DNA of 64,000 bases from Rhynchopus sp. YZ270_cl-10 (lineage: Eukaryota). Shown here piece after piece: positions 27,001 through 38,502 of this stretch. The first letter of the stretch is position 1; every line of letters starts with the position of its first letter. The translations under genes were made by a program, and so were the position numbers. The stretch covers positions 930,001 to 994,000 of the forward strand of contig OZ037835.1 in the NCBI GenBank assembly GCA_964035575.1. The letters run 5' to 3'. The notes under the pieces were generated by a model. It was not told the origin of the DNA. It worked only from the letters and a program-made list of their open reading frames with translations, and made no database searches.

Positions 27001-30000
27001 CCCCTCAGATTTTGGGGGTACCCCGCGGGGTACCCCTCAGGTTTTGGGGTACCCCAAAACCCGGCTAACACCCCGCAAGGGTACCCCCCGGGGTACCCCG
27101 CGCGGACCGTACCCTACCCTGCGGGGTACCCCGCGCGAGGGGTACCCCTCGCGGACCGTACACGACGCGGTCCAGGACCAATTTCACTTGTCATGGTGAC
27201 AAGTGAAATGACAAGTGAAATGTATGACAAGTGGTCACTTGTCATGACAAGTGACTCACTTGTCATGACAAGTGAACCACTTGTCATGACAAGTGAATCA
27301 CTTGTCATGACAAGTGATTTACCTGAGGAATGCCTGTGAGCTCATGATTTCATTTATTCCTACATGAAATGAAGTAAAAAAATGTAAAATGATGTACTTT
27401 TTATCTCTTTCTTTTTTAGCCTGATGTGGGTAGTGGCGGCTATCTGATGGTTTTCTTTTATTGATTAGGGAGTGGGTTGTGCAGGCAACGTAAGGAAATG
27501 GGGTGGGGACTGGGGAACGGTAAAGAAAAGTATGGTTAAAGTGACGTAAGGACTTTTGCGAAGGGCTTTCACTCACGGACTGACGCTTCATTTTTTAAAA
27601 AAATTTGAAATGTAAAAGACAACAAAAGGTGATGTTTTATTTTTCCTTCCTTCAAAACTTCACACACAACGCTTTTTTGGTTTTTGGGAGACACACAAGG
27701 TGCCAGGTTCTATGGTAAGCACGGAACCACCCTGCACCTGTTTGTCATGTTGTTTCCCGTGCAATACATGGAGAAACGTTTCGCACTCGAAACAAAGCTT
27801 TTTTAATAAAAAATGAACGAAGCACAAAAACAAGCGTGTGTGGAAGAAAAAAGAAAAGGGAAAATATTTTTTCTGATTCACAGTGGTGTTTATGTTTTGG
27901 GTACGGGGCGGAGAATAAAATCTGTTCGATAAAAGAAACGCAAGCTTTTTGTTTTATCTTGTTCATTTTTAAAAGCAAAAATAACTATTTATTCAACGCC
28001 TTTTAGCGTGGTTTTTTTTTGCGATAACTTCACGCATTTTTTTCCCAGGCGAGTGGTAGTTGAAGCGAGGCAAATTGAATCCACGAGCCGGGAAAAAAAT
28101 AAGTGAAGTTATCGCAAAAAAATTCGCTAAAAGGCGTTGAATACGTAATTTTATTTCACGTTAAATAAAGTATACGAAAGGATTTGGCACTTTTAGTGTG
28201 ACTCATTTATTGTGCAATAACTAACGAGTATGTGTCCCTCCAGGTAGCTTTCCTTACCCTCCCGCCAGCGCTACCGGGAATCCCACGGGACCCCTAGCTA
28301 GGATAGCGGGACTCCCGCTGGGGGGGCTGGCAAACCTGAGGGGGCTGGAGGGAGGCTAAAAAAGGCTGAAGGGTCCCTCCAGACCTGTTACCCTCCTGCG
28401 GGGAAACCTGCAAAAACCCGATAAACTGGGCCTACCCTTATATGTGGGGTGGGATACACGTTTTCGGGGTGTCATAACCATGTGTGAGCCACACAGGGTG
28501 GTGCACAGGTGACCCCATGCAGTACACGCAACCCACGTTTTGATACACAACAGCATTTTGCGTGTAGCGCATACAGCGTGTAGCCTATTTAGCCCACGCA
28601 TAGCGTGTAGCGTGTGGTCGGGTTCTGAAAGCTGCCTCAAAGGTACACAAAGCTACATCCCGACGTCTCCCCACCCTCAGGGTCCCCTCGGGTGCTAGCG
28701 GAGGCCGGGAAATGGCTATCGTGCAAGAGCGAGACATTCAGAAGATCCCCGCCCATCACAGAATATCATGCCAGCCACCGCCTTCCTCACAATGAAGTAA
28801 GGGGGTGGTGTGTCCTCCGCCTTCATAGGTAATGAAGGAGTCGATTTCTTGTTTCGTAAGTGCGGAGTGCCTTGGACTGTCGTGTCGGTAGCCGGTCTGG
28901 TTTTGTTTCAAGAGACACACGAGCCTGCGCAAACTGGTCTTGCAGTTGCACCCCATACTTCCTCGCCAATATGCTGCTCAGCTTACTGAACGCTGTCCAT
29001 TACGACGACGATTTGTACGTGAGATCGTCACGGAGATGCACTATGCACAAAACAAAGTCGGCTTCCGTGGGCTTACCGTTGGGCTTGCCAATGAATTCCT
29101 TAAAAAGCGGTCCCATCAAGGGTACCTGTAACTCGGGGATCGGGCCCCGGATTTTTTTTGGGAAATTTTCCCCACGTAAAAGTACATGGGGAAAGGCTAT
29201 CTGTTTGTTATTAATTTAAAACCGATTTACGGCCGAGGCCGAAATTTGTATTCCGACTCAGATCGTTCCGATCTTTCAAATAAAGCCGGTTTCAATTTGA
29301 AAAACGTTACCCTGAGGAGCGAGTGGGTATTTTCAAGTTTTTTACGTGTAATAACCCTCTGGTATGTGTGTCCTTTACCTTACACTGGCGTTGACCACGG
29401 TATTTGCGGATTTCCGGCCGGGCCGAAATTTGTATTCCGACTCAGATCGTTCCGATCTTTCAAATAAAACAGGAGCAGAAAAAAAAAATCACGCAGCGAG
29501 TGACTTTTCTGAGATTTCCCCATTCCCTCTCCCTCCTTGAAAACCCTCCTCCACCACAGCCCCTTCAGGGATTCTTGCTTTTATCTTTTATCTTAAGTTA
29601 AAATGCAGTATCATGTTCTCGACTTTTTGCCAACGTACCTCTGCACCCGGAAAACAGCGTGTGAGACGCATGCGCAAAGGTACGCAACGAAGACAACCGC
29701 GAGTGCTGATACCGGGGATGCGCAGCAGAAGCTGACATGCGGGTACGTCGCATTGATGGGGGCAAAGCTGTGGTCCGACGAGCGCAAGCGGATGGGATCG
29801 GCACCGAGCAAAGAGGAGATCCGCGAGTTCATCGCGAAGACGACAAGGGACGACTTCGGCATGACGGCGGAGAGGTGGCAAGAGGTTCACGAAGGTAGCC
29901 TGCGTGGGACATTTGTGTGCCTCACAAACCTTGAGGTTGACCACTTCGCTAAAAAAAACATACGATCCACTTCTGTTGTCACCCCGCCCCAGTTCCAGCG

Positions 30001-33000
30001 GGGACCAGTGATGTTGGGGACGGTGATCCTCTTCCTTCCTCCCGTGGGGTGTCAAAAGCACGGGCACTTTTGCACCTTTTTTTTTGTTCAAGCGCCGAAT
30101 GAACGAAAACGAGTAGCACTCTCCTTCGCCAATGGCAAGCTCGTCGTTAAGGCGGCTGATGGTGGAGAGCTGCTGCGGCCGAACCCCACCACAACAGCAG
30201 ACCCGAAGGCCTGCTTCAAAAAAGTAGGTGGCAAGTGGGGGTGCCAGACCTGCGCAGATGCCGTGAAGAATCGGCGGATGGAGAAGTTCGGCCAGGAGGA
30301 GAAAAATGCCTGGATAGACTTCCAGGTTACTCACTCCTCAGATGCGCTTCGACGGGCACAGAACAAGCACCTCACCTCCACGGCGCACAACAAGGCAAAC
30401 GACGCGAAGTCAGAGAAAGGAGAGGCAACGCAGCCGAAGCCCCGCAAGATCATCCGGCCCTCACAAAAAAAGGTCGATCTGTTTTCCCAACTCCACTGCA
30501 CGTTTTATAGTGCAGTGCGAAAGGGGACAGAACACAGCGTGGTGGCAGCAACAGCCGGCTCCCTCCCCGGCATTACGAACAAGTACGCTGTCCCCCGTCA
30601 CGTGTCAGAAATGATCACGATATGGGCAAAGCAGTGTCGGGAGAAAATCTCTGTGGAGGTAAAGCGCTGCAGTGTGCTTGCACTAATTACCGACGGCAGT
30701 TCCATCAAAGGGGTTCATAAAGACGTCAACGTGTTCTTGCTCCGCTTTCTCCTGTACTCGGCGGCGGGACAAGCATTACGTGTTGTGGAGAGATATGTAG
30801 GGCTTACAGAGAACAAAGATGTGTCCGCCAACGCTAAGTCTGTCTACAAACAGTTGCAAGACGCCATTGGTGCTGTGGGTGTTACAGAAAAGGAGGTGTC
30901 GGGGGTTATTGCTGACAGCTGCAGCACGTTGACGGGGCATAAAAACGGTCTCGTCGGGGTGATGAAGCTCAAGGAGAGGTGTCTGCAGGGGCATTTCGCT
31001 GACAGTGCGCACCTCATCCAGGTGGAGATGAAGCCCCTGATGAAGCTCTCCGGGGTGAAGGAGCTGTCGGACATGATCCGGGACCTCGACCGTAGCTACT
31101 TTTCTTCGCCCAAGCTCTACCGCGATTTGGTGCTCGAGTCGGAGAAGAAGTTCACGAAGACCGGCAAGCAGAGGAAACTGGTGCTGAGACCTTCTGTCTC
31201 GTACAGAATCCGGTGGCTGGCCAAGCACACAACCACGTTTCTGCGGGCGAAGCGGATGCTCCCTATGTGGAGGCACCACGTGGCTGTCGGCACTGCGTGG
31301 ACCAACACAAAGGCTCGCAACGACGACGGTGAGACAAAAACGAAAGGACTCAAAGCCACCCACACGAAGCTCCTCCGCCTTCTTGAAGATGAAACCCTCG
31401 CGCCGAATTTGGATTTCTACTGTGCCTTGCTAAAAATTTTGCAGAAATCAACTCTGGTGGCACAGGGATCTGGCGCCATCCTCTTGCACGTCCTCTTTAC
31501 CGTCAACGAGAGCATCGCTGAGATTGAGTTGCTGAAAAATGAAGAGAGCAGTATGGAAGCGCGCATGGAAGCTTGCGAAGTGTCCATAGCGGGGCTGAAG
31601 CGCTATGTCCAGAGGACAGGTCCAGTTGCAAAGGCGGTTGTAACGATGTTGAACATCTACCGCATATCTGCGCTCTCTGACGCAGACCTGAAGGGATACG
31701 CAAACCAGGAACTGGGCCTGGTTTTAGAGTCCCTGGGTATGCAACGTCAACTGCCGGATGAGAGCGACGACTTCACATCTGGTCAGTGGCTTCTTGCTAA
31801 AACTATGGCCAAGCAGGACACGTCGTGGAGCCGGTGGTTCGCAGTGATAAACGGTGTACAGGGGAGAGTAAAGATCGCCTTGGAATACGGTGTTGTCTTC
31901 TCGTCGTGTTCTTCATGTAAAGCGGAGGGTATGTTCGGGAAGCTGCGCCACTCTGTGCTCAAAAGAACCCAGGTAGCAGTGACGACACTCTGCGATGAGC
32001 AGATTATCAGGGATTCTGGCCCGGCACCTGCAGACGCGGCGACATTTATCCGTGATGGCACGATTAAATTTTTGGAAAAGCCACGTCGCCTAGCTCGCAA
32101 ACGGAAGGAACGTGTCGCACCAAAAGGAATATTTGATAAAGTTGAGGAGCGTATGCGTGCAGCCAAAGGTTCTCTCCCCCACTACGAAGAAGAGATGGAT
32201 GACGAGGAAGTTGAGGAAGAGTCGTCTGAAGAAACGTCGTCTGGAGAAAACGAAGAATTCGAAGAGGAGGAAGACGAAGAAGACGAAGAAGGAGAAGAAG
32301 AAGAAGAGGAGGAGGAAGAGGAAGGCGGAAGCGATGACGGCGACTGCCGACAAACCAAGCGCGTGAAGCATTAGACTTTTCATTATCAATAGATGACGTC
32401 ATTTTATTTTTTCTCTCCACACGAAGACATCTAAGTGTGTAGAAACCAGACAAAAAGAGAATCGACATTTGACTTGTTAACGGCTTTTCCATTTCCTTTT
32501 CACATCATTTCACTTTGCGTGCCACATCAGGATTTCACCTTTTGGGCTGCGTTCAACGAAGGCAAGTCTTCTTTCCTATCATCAAGTTATCAAGATCAGT
32601 TGGTTGGCTAATTGTCTGTTTTTCTTCTTTTTTATTTTTATTTTCCTTATTTCTTTTTGACTGCACCTCTCCGCTTTGGCGGTAGGTAGCGAAATGCGAT
32701 ACATAGGCACCCCTCTGCGCCCTCCCTGCACCCCTCTTTAAGAGCCCCCTTACAAAAACCCCCCTAAACGTAATCCGGGGATCGGGGATCGGGGATCGGG
32801 GATTTTACCCCCAATATTTACAGGTACCCTTGGGTCCCATTCACGGATGTACGGTGTCGACGATGCCAGTCCTTCAGCAAAACCACTGTAGCGCTCGTCC
32901 ATCTCTTGTCGGAGGACCGTTTGCGTCTTAGATCCTTCGGCATGTTGCGTGTGTCAAAAAAAAATGGGAAAAGTGCAAAAAAAATTCGAAATTTTCAATT

Positions 33001-35374
33001 TTTAGGCGGGTGGTGGTGCAGGATATACCAAAATTTAGCGTGAAGTTATCGCCAAAAAAAACCCCTGTTTTGGCGTGAAAAAAACAAAAATAAAATCACG
33101 CTCCTAAGGAATTGCAGTGAAAAAAAGTGAAAACGCGTGAAATAAAGTTCAATTAGCGTGGTTTTTATTTGTGAAAAAAACACGGCGTGAAATTATCATT
33201 AAAAAGAATCACGCTAAAAGTGCCAAATCCTTCGTATACTTTATTTAACTGTGGAATAAAATCAAAAAATCAAAAAATCTGTCGGTGGATAGGTGGTGCA
33301 CAGGGTATAGTTTCATATTCAATGAAAAGGAAATCAAGTTGGTCGCACCCGAAGACGCGAGGCAGAACGACGCCTCGGAAGAAGAGGATGACGACGAAGA
33401 CGACGAAGGCGACGACGCTGTGACAATTGAATGAGAGCAATGCTATCATAATCAAAAAAAAAAATCGTTTGATGCCTCAAACGGGATGGTTATAACCCTG
33501 GTAATATGGGTAGGGGGTATTACCAGGGTTAGTGAACCGCATAGTCGTGTCCTTACGTCACTTTAAACAATACTTTTCTTTTTTTTTTTTTTCTTTTCTT
33601 TTCCTTTTTTCCCCCACTCCCCACCCCATTGCCTTACTTTGCTTGCGCAACCCACTCCCTAATCAAAAAATAACAATAAAAAGAATCCAGGGTTAACAGG
33701 GACCCTAAGGATTCACTTGTCATGACAAGTGAATCACTTGTCATGACAAGTGGTTCACTTGTCATGACAAGTGATTTACATGTCATTTCACTTGTCACTT
33801 TTATGACATGTCATTTCACTTGTCAGGTGCCTCTGGACCGCGTCGTGTACCCTACCCTGTGGGGTACCCCCCGGGGTACCCCTCTCCGGGGTACCCCGCG
33901 GGGTACCCCTCAGAGGGTCCAATGGGCCACCGTGCAAGATAAAAAGGAAAAAGAAAATACCTTCGTTCTCAGCCTCCAAAGACTCCGCACTGCTTGCCCC
34001 AAAGCTGATCAATGAGTCCTTCCGCATACGCCCTGAGCCTGGCTTGCTTCCGCCACCCCCTCCCCCTCCTCCCCCTCCACCCATCACAGACTGCTGACTC
34101 CTCAAGCCTAATGACATACTCGACGCGGTGCGTTGTGGAGGAAGAATGAGCTGGCTTGCGTCAAGACGCTGTGTATCACGCAGGAAGGCAGACTCGAGGC
34201 CACTCATGCCCACAGCACCGCCACGCAGGCCTTCTGCGGAAGGGCTGAACTGCGGTGATTTGTTCGGACTATGCGGGGAGCCGTTGGGAGAGGCGGAGAG
34301 TGCATCGCTGTCGGTTCGGATGTGCGCTCTCGATCCGAGACGAGGTGAGCGGCTGGGCATCAGAGTGGAGGATGCTTCGAACTGGCTGAGCGGGGTGCAG
34401 GGGAGGCGGAGGTCGCCTGGTGGCGCTGCTGCTGCAGCCTCGGCTTCGTTGTCACCGGCTCGTTTGGAAAGGGCGCGCAGTTCTCGTAGTAGGGCCACGG
34501 CGTCGCTTGCGCCGTCCGGGCTGTGGACATCCTCCTCAAATGGGCGGGAGCGGAGAAGGGAGTTCTTCCTAGGTTTCAAAGCGCCAGAGGAGACAGCACG
34601 CTGCGAGGCGGAAAGGGTCTTGATAGAAGAGCGCAGCAGTAAGGTGGAGGAAGCGCGTTCACGTTTGGGTCGTGATCCTGAGAGAAGTTTTTTTTTTACA
34701 AAATGAATTTCTTTTAAACCGTAACGTACGTTCTCTCTTTCTAAAACGGTAAAAAAAAATCGCGATTCGGGAAGAGGTTGAAAAAGTTGGAACTCTTCCT
34801 CACCCCGCAGATCACACCGAGGGAGGCCATATTCAAAAAAAAATTTACCCCCTTATTTTTCAAAACAAATCCATATCATACGTGGTGACGGCGGTGCCAA
34901 CGACTCCCTCCCTCCTCGTGGTGGAGTGCCCCTCGGTGGTGACCGTCTTGGCAATGACTGCGGAGACCTCGAACCCCTAGATGAACCTCTAGGTGTGTCT
35001 TCCTCCAGAGGCACATCCTCTAAGGTCACCATGGGGAAGAGTGCGGAGAGCTCATCAGAGTGGGATTTTGCGTGGATGGGGAGGAGAGGGATTTTGGGGG
35101 GGAGTGCGCGGGCCTCGGGTGGCGTGACGCAGTCAACGTTGTGCCGTGGTGAGAGCTGTGGCGAATCCGGTTCAAACCCCGGCACAGCAGGGCACGACAA
35201 CGGCGACGTCGGAATTGGTTGCAGCGGAACCCCCGCCCCCGGGGTCGTCGGCGTCGACCCCGGCACCACCACCTCTGCCGGTAGCGCTACCCTCCTCCGT
35301 ACGGGAAGCGACACCTTCTTGCGTGCATGCCCACCTGGCAATGTGCCTGCGGTCATGACGTCCCGAAGACTCAT
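19057..35374 (-). CDS. Six-exon gene, ~1216 aa: low-complexity N-terminus, R-S-E type ADP-ribosyltransferase domain, C-terminal PDZ domain
   Basis: Exons 35374-34882, 34677-33961, 22679-21943, 21636-20245, 19734-19676 and 19309-19057; all GT-AG and phase-compatible, total 3651 nt; ART motifs YFRGL, HWPAPSSC, SQYPHEAEVL; PDZ LGIAFSSNM-AVMEVKAGSPAEAA...LIDCNGVKV assembled across the last two introns. Confidence 0.8.
21746..21836. repeat. ~90-bp intronic palindrome (mini foldback element)
   Basis: CACGATGATGTTACTA...TGATATGACATGCT / AGCATGTCATATCA...TAGTAACATCATCGTG. Confidence 0.8.
22970..24065. mobile_element. Crypton-like non-autonomous element
   Basis: Terminal foldback around GAGCGCAGCGAG (22985-23112); internal GCCGTAAAATTATTTCC (23133) inverted at about 24043-24059. 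Confidence 0.5.
23255..23387. repeat. (CAGGTACA)n microsatellite; second tract at 24181-24270
   Basis: Perfect 8-nt tandem units. Confidence 0.95.
26160..26920. repeat. Dispersed repeat shared with 62010-62660
   Basis: Blocks ATGACCTACCACGCCCGATTTTGGGCGA and AGATGCTCAAAAGTGCCAAATTTTGCTTTTAATGGCCTCAAA occur at both loci. Confidence 0.8.
27185..27318. repeat. 21-nt tandem palindromes (TCACTTGTCATGACAAGTGA); mirror tract at 33713-33823
   Basis: Directly visible. Confidence 0.9.
29117..32832 (+). mobile_element. Full-length autonomous hAT transposon (3716 bp)
   Basis: 15-bp perfect TIR CAAGGGTACCTGTAA; perfect 8-bp TSD GGTCCCAT at 29109-29116 and 32833-32840; CGGGGAT subterminal repeats. Confidence 0.95.
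29603..32374 (+). CDS. hAT transposase, 923 aa
   Basis: Zn finger CQTC...HLTSTAH; catalytic LITDGS and IADSCSTLTG; IRWL; SSCKAEGMF; acidic tail and basic C-terminus. Confidence 0.9.
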   Translation: MQYHVLDFLPTYLCTRKTACETHAQRYATKTTASADTGDAQQKLTCGYVALMGAKLWSDERKRMGSAPSKEEIREFIAKTTRDDFGMTAERWQEVHEGSLRGTFVCLTNLEVDHFAKKNIRSTSVVTPPQFQRGPVMLGTVILFLPPVGCQKHGHFCTFFFVQAPNERKRVALSFANGKLVVKAADGGELLRPNPTTTADPKACFKKVGGKWGCQTCADAVKNRRMEKFGQEEKNAWIDFQVTHSSDALRRAQNKHLTSTAHNKANDAKSEKGEATQPKPRKIIRPSQKKVDLFSQLHCTFYSAVRKGTEHSVVAATAGSLPGITNKYAVPRHVSEMITIWAKQCREKISVEVKRCSVLALITDGSSIKGVHKDVNVFLLRFLLYSAAGQALRVVERYVGLTENKDVSANAKSVYKQLQDAIGAVGVTEKEVSGVIADSCSTLTGHKNGLVGVMKLKERCLQGHFADSAHLIQVEMKPLMKLSGVKELSDMIRDLDRSYFSSPKLYRDLVLESEKKFTKTGKQRKLVLRPSVSYRIRWLAKHTTTFLRAKRMLPMWRHHVAVGTAWTNTKARNDDGETKTKGLKATHTKLLRLLEDETLAPNLDFYCALLKILQKSTLVAQGSGAILLHVLFTVNESIAEIELLKNEESSMEARMEACEVSIAGLKRYVQRTGPVAKAVVTMLNIYRISALSDADLKGYANQELGLVLESLGMQRQLPDESDDFTSGQWLLAKTMAKQDTSWSRWFAVINGVQGRVKIALEYGVVFSSCSSCKAEGMFGKLRHSVLKRTQVAVTTLCDEQIIRDSGPAPADAATFIRDGTIKFLEKPRRLARKRKERVAPKGIFDKVEERMRAAKGSLPHYEEEMDDEEVEEESSEETSSGENEEFEEEEDEEDEEGEEEEEEEEEEGGSDDGDCRQTKRVKH

Positions 35375-35606
35375 CTCAAAAGCAACCCCCTCCAGGGAAG
35401 AAAGGAATAAGAATACGTAGTGTAGGGGGGGAGGGGTGCTGTGGAGAGGGTATTGTGGTTGGGAGAAGGTGGGAGGAAGGAGGAGGAGGAGGAGGAGGAG
35501 GAGGAGGGGGGAAAAATACTGTAAAAAGACGTTATTTGTGCGCATATTATCTTCTGCATCGCTTTTTTTGGGGAAGGAGAAAAGGGGGAGAGGGGATTAA
35601 AAAAAA

Positions 35607-35864
35607 AAAATGCTCGAGAGCCTCTTTTGCTTTCTCTCAGACTATGAACTGGGGGAGAAAAAGATATGTGGTTTTCTTTCCTTACTTCAAAAACTCTTGA
35701 AAAAAGATGAAACAAGCAGAGAGTAGACAGCAAAAACGTTTGTGTGAAAAAGTTTACAGCAATAAAAGACTCCTGCGTCGGGTTTCTTTTTCACATTGTT
35801 CGTTTCCATCATAGATACGCACAACCCGCAACGTTTTCATCATGAGCGTTCTCGAGCATTTTGT
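35607..35864. mobile_element. MITE; related copy at 63226-63471
   Basis: TIR AAAATGCTCGAGA/TCTCGAGCATTTT at both loci, with similar interiors. Confidence 0.65.
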
Positions 35865-36480
35865 TAAATACGATGTGGCAACTATAAAGCGTGTATTGTT
35901 AAAGACAAAAAAAAGGGGGAAACAACTGGAGGGGAGAAGCTCTCCTTGCGAGCTCACGTGAACCTTCATACGTACGGCATAAGAGGACCGTACGGAGGCA
36001 GCAGGGAATCAAGAACAACAAAGGTACCGATTGGTGTCTCCGGAGGGGGGTCGATATTGACAGGTCGCTGACAGGTCGTTCACCGACTTCCGAAAGCACC
36101 AAGATTATGGGGGGGTGTCTCCTGAGGACCCCATTCTTAGCGTCGTACTTCGGTTTTTTTTGGATTCCTTGAGGTACCAAGATTACCTACCTCCTCACGA
36201 GGGTGCGCGCAACCTTGCGTTTCAACCAGAAGACATGATATCTGGAAGAAGATCGGTTGCCATACATGCAGTAAGAAAGCAAGGAGGGGAGGGAGAAAAA
36301 AAAAACAAAAGATAAATAACGTTAGAATGAGTTCCCTGTACAGTGAACATCATTTGAAAATAAAACAAAAAAAAGGGGGTTTTTTTAAGACGAACCTAAG
36401 CGTCTCGTACTTAGTCACCTTGATCACAATCATCCTTTATATGTAACAGAAGACAGAGAAGTTGAAAGTTGTTCCATATA

Positions 36481-36570
36481 CAGTGGTTAAAGAAAGTTTA
36501 CGCCTAAACTAATGGCGGAATTGAAATCGATGGCGGAAATTACTTTAGGCGGAACTTTCTTTAACCACTG
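36481..36570. mobile_element. Tc1/mariner-type MITE
   Basis: TA|CAGTGGTTAAAGAAAGTT...AACTTTCTTTAACCACTG|TA. Confidence 0.85.
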
Positions 36571-36812
36571 TACGAACTATTCTACAGAATAGTTAGTATA
36601 TGAAACACTTTCAACAGCAAAGTTGAAAGTGTAAAAAAGTGTAAAAAAACGCCTCACCTTACACCAACGAACCGCAGGCACTGAAAGAAAAAGAAATTGT
36701 CTGCAAATACAAACCCCTCTCGTGTACAGTGTACCAAAAAAAGGGAAGCGAGGAAAATTTGTTACCATAGGGAAGCCTCTTTTTTACTTTCAACGGATGT
36801 CATCCGGGGGGG

Positions 36813-36845
<33 letters not shown>

Positions 36846-36846
<1 letters not shown>

Positions 36847-37626
36847 AGGGGCGGTCATATCCTGTATTAAAAGTGTGAGAAAATGACATTTTTCAAAATG
36901 TTGTCAAAAGCGATTCTAAGGTAAAAAAAAGTAGAAAATCCACCCCACAGGCCCAAAAAAATGTGGTGTGCCCCGTTTTCCACCCTTTTTGTGCCTCTCA
37001 GGGGCCCAAATCACAGTTTTTTAAAAATTGCCTACATGTGGTACCTGAGTGCCCCCTTGGTTTGCCCTTCAGGTTGACTATGAAACAGAAAACACCCCAA
37101 TATGGCCCAGAACATAGAGCAAAGGACCCCCAAAACCCCACAGGAGACCCACAGAACCGTTACTGGGGTGTTTCGTGACACCTGTTGGGGCTCAAACCTC
37201 ATAAAACCTGAAACACCGGTCAGGCAGTGAAAATAGGCCAAAATAGGCCAAAATAGCCTGAAAATGGCCTAAAAACGCCCATATTTTATTTCAAACACCC
37301 AGAAAGTTGCAGAAACCCGATTCCAGGGTGGTCCTGGGCACCTGTGGGGGCGCATGCCCCATAAAACATCAAAAAAACGGTGTGGAACCGGTGTGGGAGG
37401 GTGTTTTTGCAAATTGCCCACAAATAGCCTGCCTCAGGTACCACTGGTAGGCAATTTTTTAAAAACCGCGATTTGGGTACCTGAGAGGCACAAAAAGGGT
37501 GGAAAGCGGGGCACACCACATTTTTTTGGGCCTGTGGGGTGGATTTTCTTGGTTTTTACCCTTTTTGTGGGGTTTTCGGGCATTTTTGAAAAATGTCATT
37601 TTCTCACATAGATATGACCCCCCCTA
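36846..37626. mobile_element. Foldback/long-TIR non-autonomous element
   Basis: ~200-bp imperfect inverted arms (GGTCATATC..TGTGAGAAAATGACATTTTTCAAAA...CCACAGGCCCAAAAAAATGTGGTGTGCCCCG). Confidence 0.85.
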
Positions 37627-38485
37627 GGCATACTGTGCAGGCGAGCCGTTTTTAGGCGAGTTTTTCGTTTTCCTGATTTTCAGGAAAAACTCGCCAAAAA
37701 CTCGCCCTACTCGCCCATTACTCGCCTATTACTCGCCAAAACTCGCCAAAAACTCGCCAAAACTCGCCTAAACTCGCCTAAACTCGCCTAAACTCGCCTA
37801 AACTCGCCTAAACTCGCCCACATTTGGGTGCAAATCCTGGTGCACATACGCACCTTGGGGGTGAAAATGTGCACCAGGATGTGAAAATGGAGGGCGGGGG
37901 TGACTGATGACAACATGCCACTCGAAAACACACAAAAAAATTGAAATTGTGTCACTTGTACGTCTAAAGGCAACCATGTCACGGCAGTGGCTGACAGGCA
38001 TGTATGTAAACATTTGCTCCAGGGGAAGATTCAAGCGTGCCATAGATCCCGGGGGACAAGACGTGCTACAATCCGGAGGATGACGAAGACATGGATGAGC
38101 CGGGGCTACACTCGCTATACAACAATGTCCTCGCCATGCCGGTAAATGGCAACCCTGCAGGCCACCCCTTGGCGGTATTCCCCCACGACTACATCGCACC
38201 CATCTGTGCAAGCTTCATGGATCCGCAGAAGCTACAGCTGGACTGGTGGTACTGGTTGTGGAAGCCTACAAAGCAAACTGCAGAGGTCTTGTTCAAGTGG
38301 AACGAAAAAAATTTTCTCTTCAAAACTCAAATTTCCCTCATATTTTCGTGTGTACACTTTTCCCAAGGTAAAATCCCTACCAAAAAAAAAAACTCGCCAA
38401 AACTCGCCCCCCAAAAATGGGCGAGTTTTAGGCGAGTTTTTGGCGAGTAGGCGAGTTTTTTTTACTCGCCTGCACAGTATGCCTA
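37625..38485. mobile_element. TIR element with AAACTCGCC subterminal repeats
   Basis: 21-bp perfect TIR TAGGCATACTGTGCAGGCGAG. Confidence 0.85.
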
Positions 38486-38502
38486 GGGGGGGGGGGGGGG
38501 GG

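Larger units (their letters stand above)
28760..32943 (-). pseudogene. Degenerate N-terminal part of a Crypton-type tyrosine recombinase, split by the hAT insertion
   Basis: Joining across the TSD, with frameshifts and a stop, gives YIREWDRF/EFIG...TEADFVLCIVHL...YKSSS*WTAFSKL.../LLKQNQTGY...LTKQEIDSFI, which resembles the core-binding region of Crypton YRs as recalled. Confidence 0.5.
27985..33270 (-). mobile_element. Crypton-like element interrupted by a hAT transposon
   Basis: Left foldback shared with 1-400; block 28150-28203 inverted at 33207-33262; contains a tyrosine-recombinase-like gene remnant. Confidence 0.6.
24118..33934. mobile_element. Large degenerate TIR element (Transib-like ends) hosting nested insertions
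   Basis: TIR CACGGTGGCCCA..GGACCCT at 24118, inverted at 33914-33934; mirror-ordered subterminal blocks (GGGGTACCCC repeats, CACTTGTCATGACAAGTG repeats, ~90-bp unique block) at 26960-27553 and 33548-33912; no matching TSD seen. Confidence 0.6.
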
